Under the pieces are notes generated by a model. That model had not been told where the DNA came from. It saw nothing but the letters and a program-made list of their open reading frames with translations, and did not search any database. A stretch of 64,000 nt of DNA from Flavobacteriaceae bacterium (GTDB lineage Bacteria; Bacteroidota; Bacteroidia; Flavobacteriales; Flavobacteriaceae): positions 45,612-109,611 of the forward strand of contig JAQWSC010000008.1 of the NCBI GenBank assembly GCA_029243385.1, given 5' to 3'. A program made the translations under genes and the position numbers. How positions within the stretch are numbered: the stretch's first letter is position 1; every line of letters begins with the position of its first letter. Positions 62,499-64,000 of the stretch are shown in pieces.

Positions 62499-64000
62499 AT
62501 GAAAATCACACGTTTTACGAAAGTTGCATTGATGTTGGTTACCAGCGTTGTATTTGCACAAGAACAAGAGGAAGATTCCATTCTTTCAGTAGATCTTAAT
62601 GAAGTGGTATTAACTGCTTCTGGGGTAATTGATTTAGCCGACAATCGGGTAACTCCTATTGCAGTTACTAAATTTACTACCGAGGAAATTCAGTCACGCG
62701 TTGGAGCATTTGACATTGTAGAGTCTATGCGTTTCAGCCCTTCCATTCAATTGAATAGAGGCTCTGGATTTGGAGATGCAAAAATGTTTTTGAGAGGATT
62801 CGATCAAACCAACACCGCTTTCCTTATTAATGGACAACCCATTAATGGAGTGGAAGACGGAAAAATGTATTGGTCTAACTGGTCAGGATTGTCTGACATT
62901 GCAAACAGCATTGAAGTTCAACGAGGATTGGGTTCTTCAAAACTTGCTATTTCTTCTGTGGGAGGAACGGTAAACTTTGTTACCAAATCAGTAGATCTTA
63001 AAGAAGGCGGATTTGTAAATACCATGATGGGGAATGACAATTACTACAAAGCCTCTGCCTATTTATCAACCGGTCTTATGGACAACGGTTTTGCTTTTTC
63101 TATGCTCTTCGGACATTGGGAAGGTGATGGTTACCATGCGGGAACGCAAGGACAAGGACAAAATTATTTCTTTTCTATTGGTTACAAGCCTAACAATGAA
63201 CACGTTTTTAATCTTATGATTACAGGAGCGCCTCAATGGCACGGTGGTGCTAGAGAAGAATCGCTTTCTACATTCTTACAAAAAGGTAAAAAATACGGTG
63301 ACAACTGGGGATATCTAAACGGAGAGTTTGAATCTGCTGGAAGAAACTTTTACCACAAACCACTATTTAACCTAAGCTGGGATTACAACATCAGCAGCAC
63401 TCGTTCGCTTTCTACTGTACTTTACGGTTCGTTTGGTCGTGGTGGATTTGCATACGGTGAGGGAGACTTCTATGATGACTTTACTGAAGACGGTCTGTTC
63501 GATTTCGATGCAATGGTTGCCAAAAACGAAGCCGGAGACGGTTCTCGTATCATCAAGTCTTCTATTAACAGTCACAACTGGTACGGTATTGTATCGAACT
63601 ACAGTTCAGAACTTAATGAAAACCTTTCTTATAATGTTGGTTTTGATGTTCGAATGTACAACGGTATTCACTTTAGAACAGCTACTAACTTATTAGGTCT
63701 AGAATCATACAAAGGAGTGTCTTCAACTTATGGATTCAATCCATGGGAAGCCGTTTTTGATTTCCCAACTGAAACCGAAGGGCGTGCTTTTTCTTATGAT
63801 TATGAAGAAGATATTAACTACTACGGATTCTTTGGACAGTTAGAATACGCTACTGACGAATTCAGTGCATTTATTCAAAGTTCTGTATCTTCTCAATCTC
63901 ACGTTAAAAAAGATATCTTTTTTGATCTTGGAGAAGCAGAAAAAATCACCAACTCTGGATTCAATGTAAAAGGAGGAGGTTCGTATGTTGTTAGTGAAAA
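62499..64000 (+). CDS. TonB-dependent receptor, 3' end runs off the window
   Basis: Absent from the ORF track because there is no stop in the window. My translation reads MKITRFTKVALMLVTSVVFAQEQ...; plug motifs DAKMFLRGFDQTNTAFLINGQPING and IEVQRGLGSSKLAISSVGGTVNF. The frame is open to base 64000. Confidence 0.85.
   Translation, partial: MKITRFTKVALMLVTSVVFAQEQEEDSILSVDLNEVVLTASGVIDLADNRVTPIAVTKFTTEEIQSRVGAFDIVESMRFSPSIQLNRGSGFGDAKMFLRGFDQTNTAFLINGQPINGVEDGKMYWSNWSGLSDIANSIEVQRGLGSSKLAISSVGGTVNFVTKSVDLKEGGFVNTMMGNDNYYKASAYLSTGLMDNGFAFSMLFGHWEGDGYHAGTQGQGQNYFFSIGYKPNNEHVFNLMITGAPQWHGGAREESLSTFLQKGKKYGDNWGYLNGEFESAGRNFYHKPLFNLSWDYNISSTRSLSTVLYGSFGRGGFAYGEGDFYDDFTEDGLFDFDAMVAKNEAGDGSRIIKSSINSHNWYGIVSNYSSELNENLSYNVGFDVRMYNGIHFRTATNLLGLESYKGVSSTYGFNPWEAVFDFPTETEGRAFSYDYEEDINYYGFFGQLEYATDEFSAFIQSSVSSQSHVKKDIFFDLGEAEKITNSGFNVKGGGSYVVSE

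Overview
Dense, mostly housekeeping chromosomal segment of about 60 protein genes. It looks like a Flavobacteriia-type Bacteroidota genome: AT-rich, recurrent TAnnTTTG -7 promoter boxes, a T9SS C-terminal sorting domain, TonB-dependent receptors and a Bat operon. Main blocks in order: nrdB (cut by the left edge); small redox and membrane genes; a near-complete heme biosynthesis supercluster (hemJ, hemH and an AraC regulator divergent from hemA-C-D-E-F-B); an overlapping trio of serine hydrolase, PolB-like exonuclease and twin-NBD ABC ATPase; ALDH, gpsA, pheS and cvpA; a 9-kb MoxR-DUF58-VWA-TPR Bat-type operon; an orphan AlbA_2/Schlafen-like gene; nadD-gmk-yicC; a trans-sulfuration enzyme and gdhA; a PorZ-like T9SS protein, recO and a TonB receptor; ileS, a dksA-like gene and lspA; uvrC; a patatin/beta-barrel protein; pgi; and a lipoprotein endonuclease I followed by a second TonB receptor (cut by the right edge). 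I found no rRNA, tRNA, CRISPR array, transposase, integrase or obvious island boundary, and no unambiguous new multi-gene system. The best candidates for follow-up are the orphan AlbA_2 gene wedged between moxR and nadD; the Bat-type operon with its atypical 528-aa two-TM gene; the repeat- and palindrome-rich control region between the AraC gene and hemA; three or four promoters whose -7 box abuts the ATG (possible leaderless mRNAs); and four convergent gene pairs sharing a 4-nt stop-codon overlap. All family assignments come from reading motifs by eye, with no HMM or BLAST run. Many start codons in the supplied ORF track are over-extended TTG/GTG/ATG calls, and I trimmed them.
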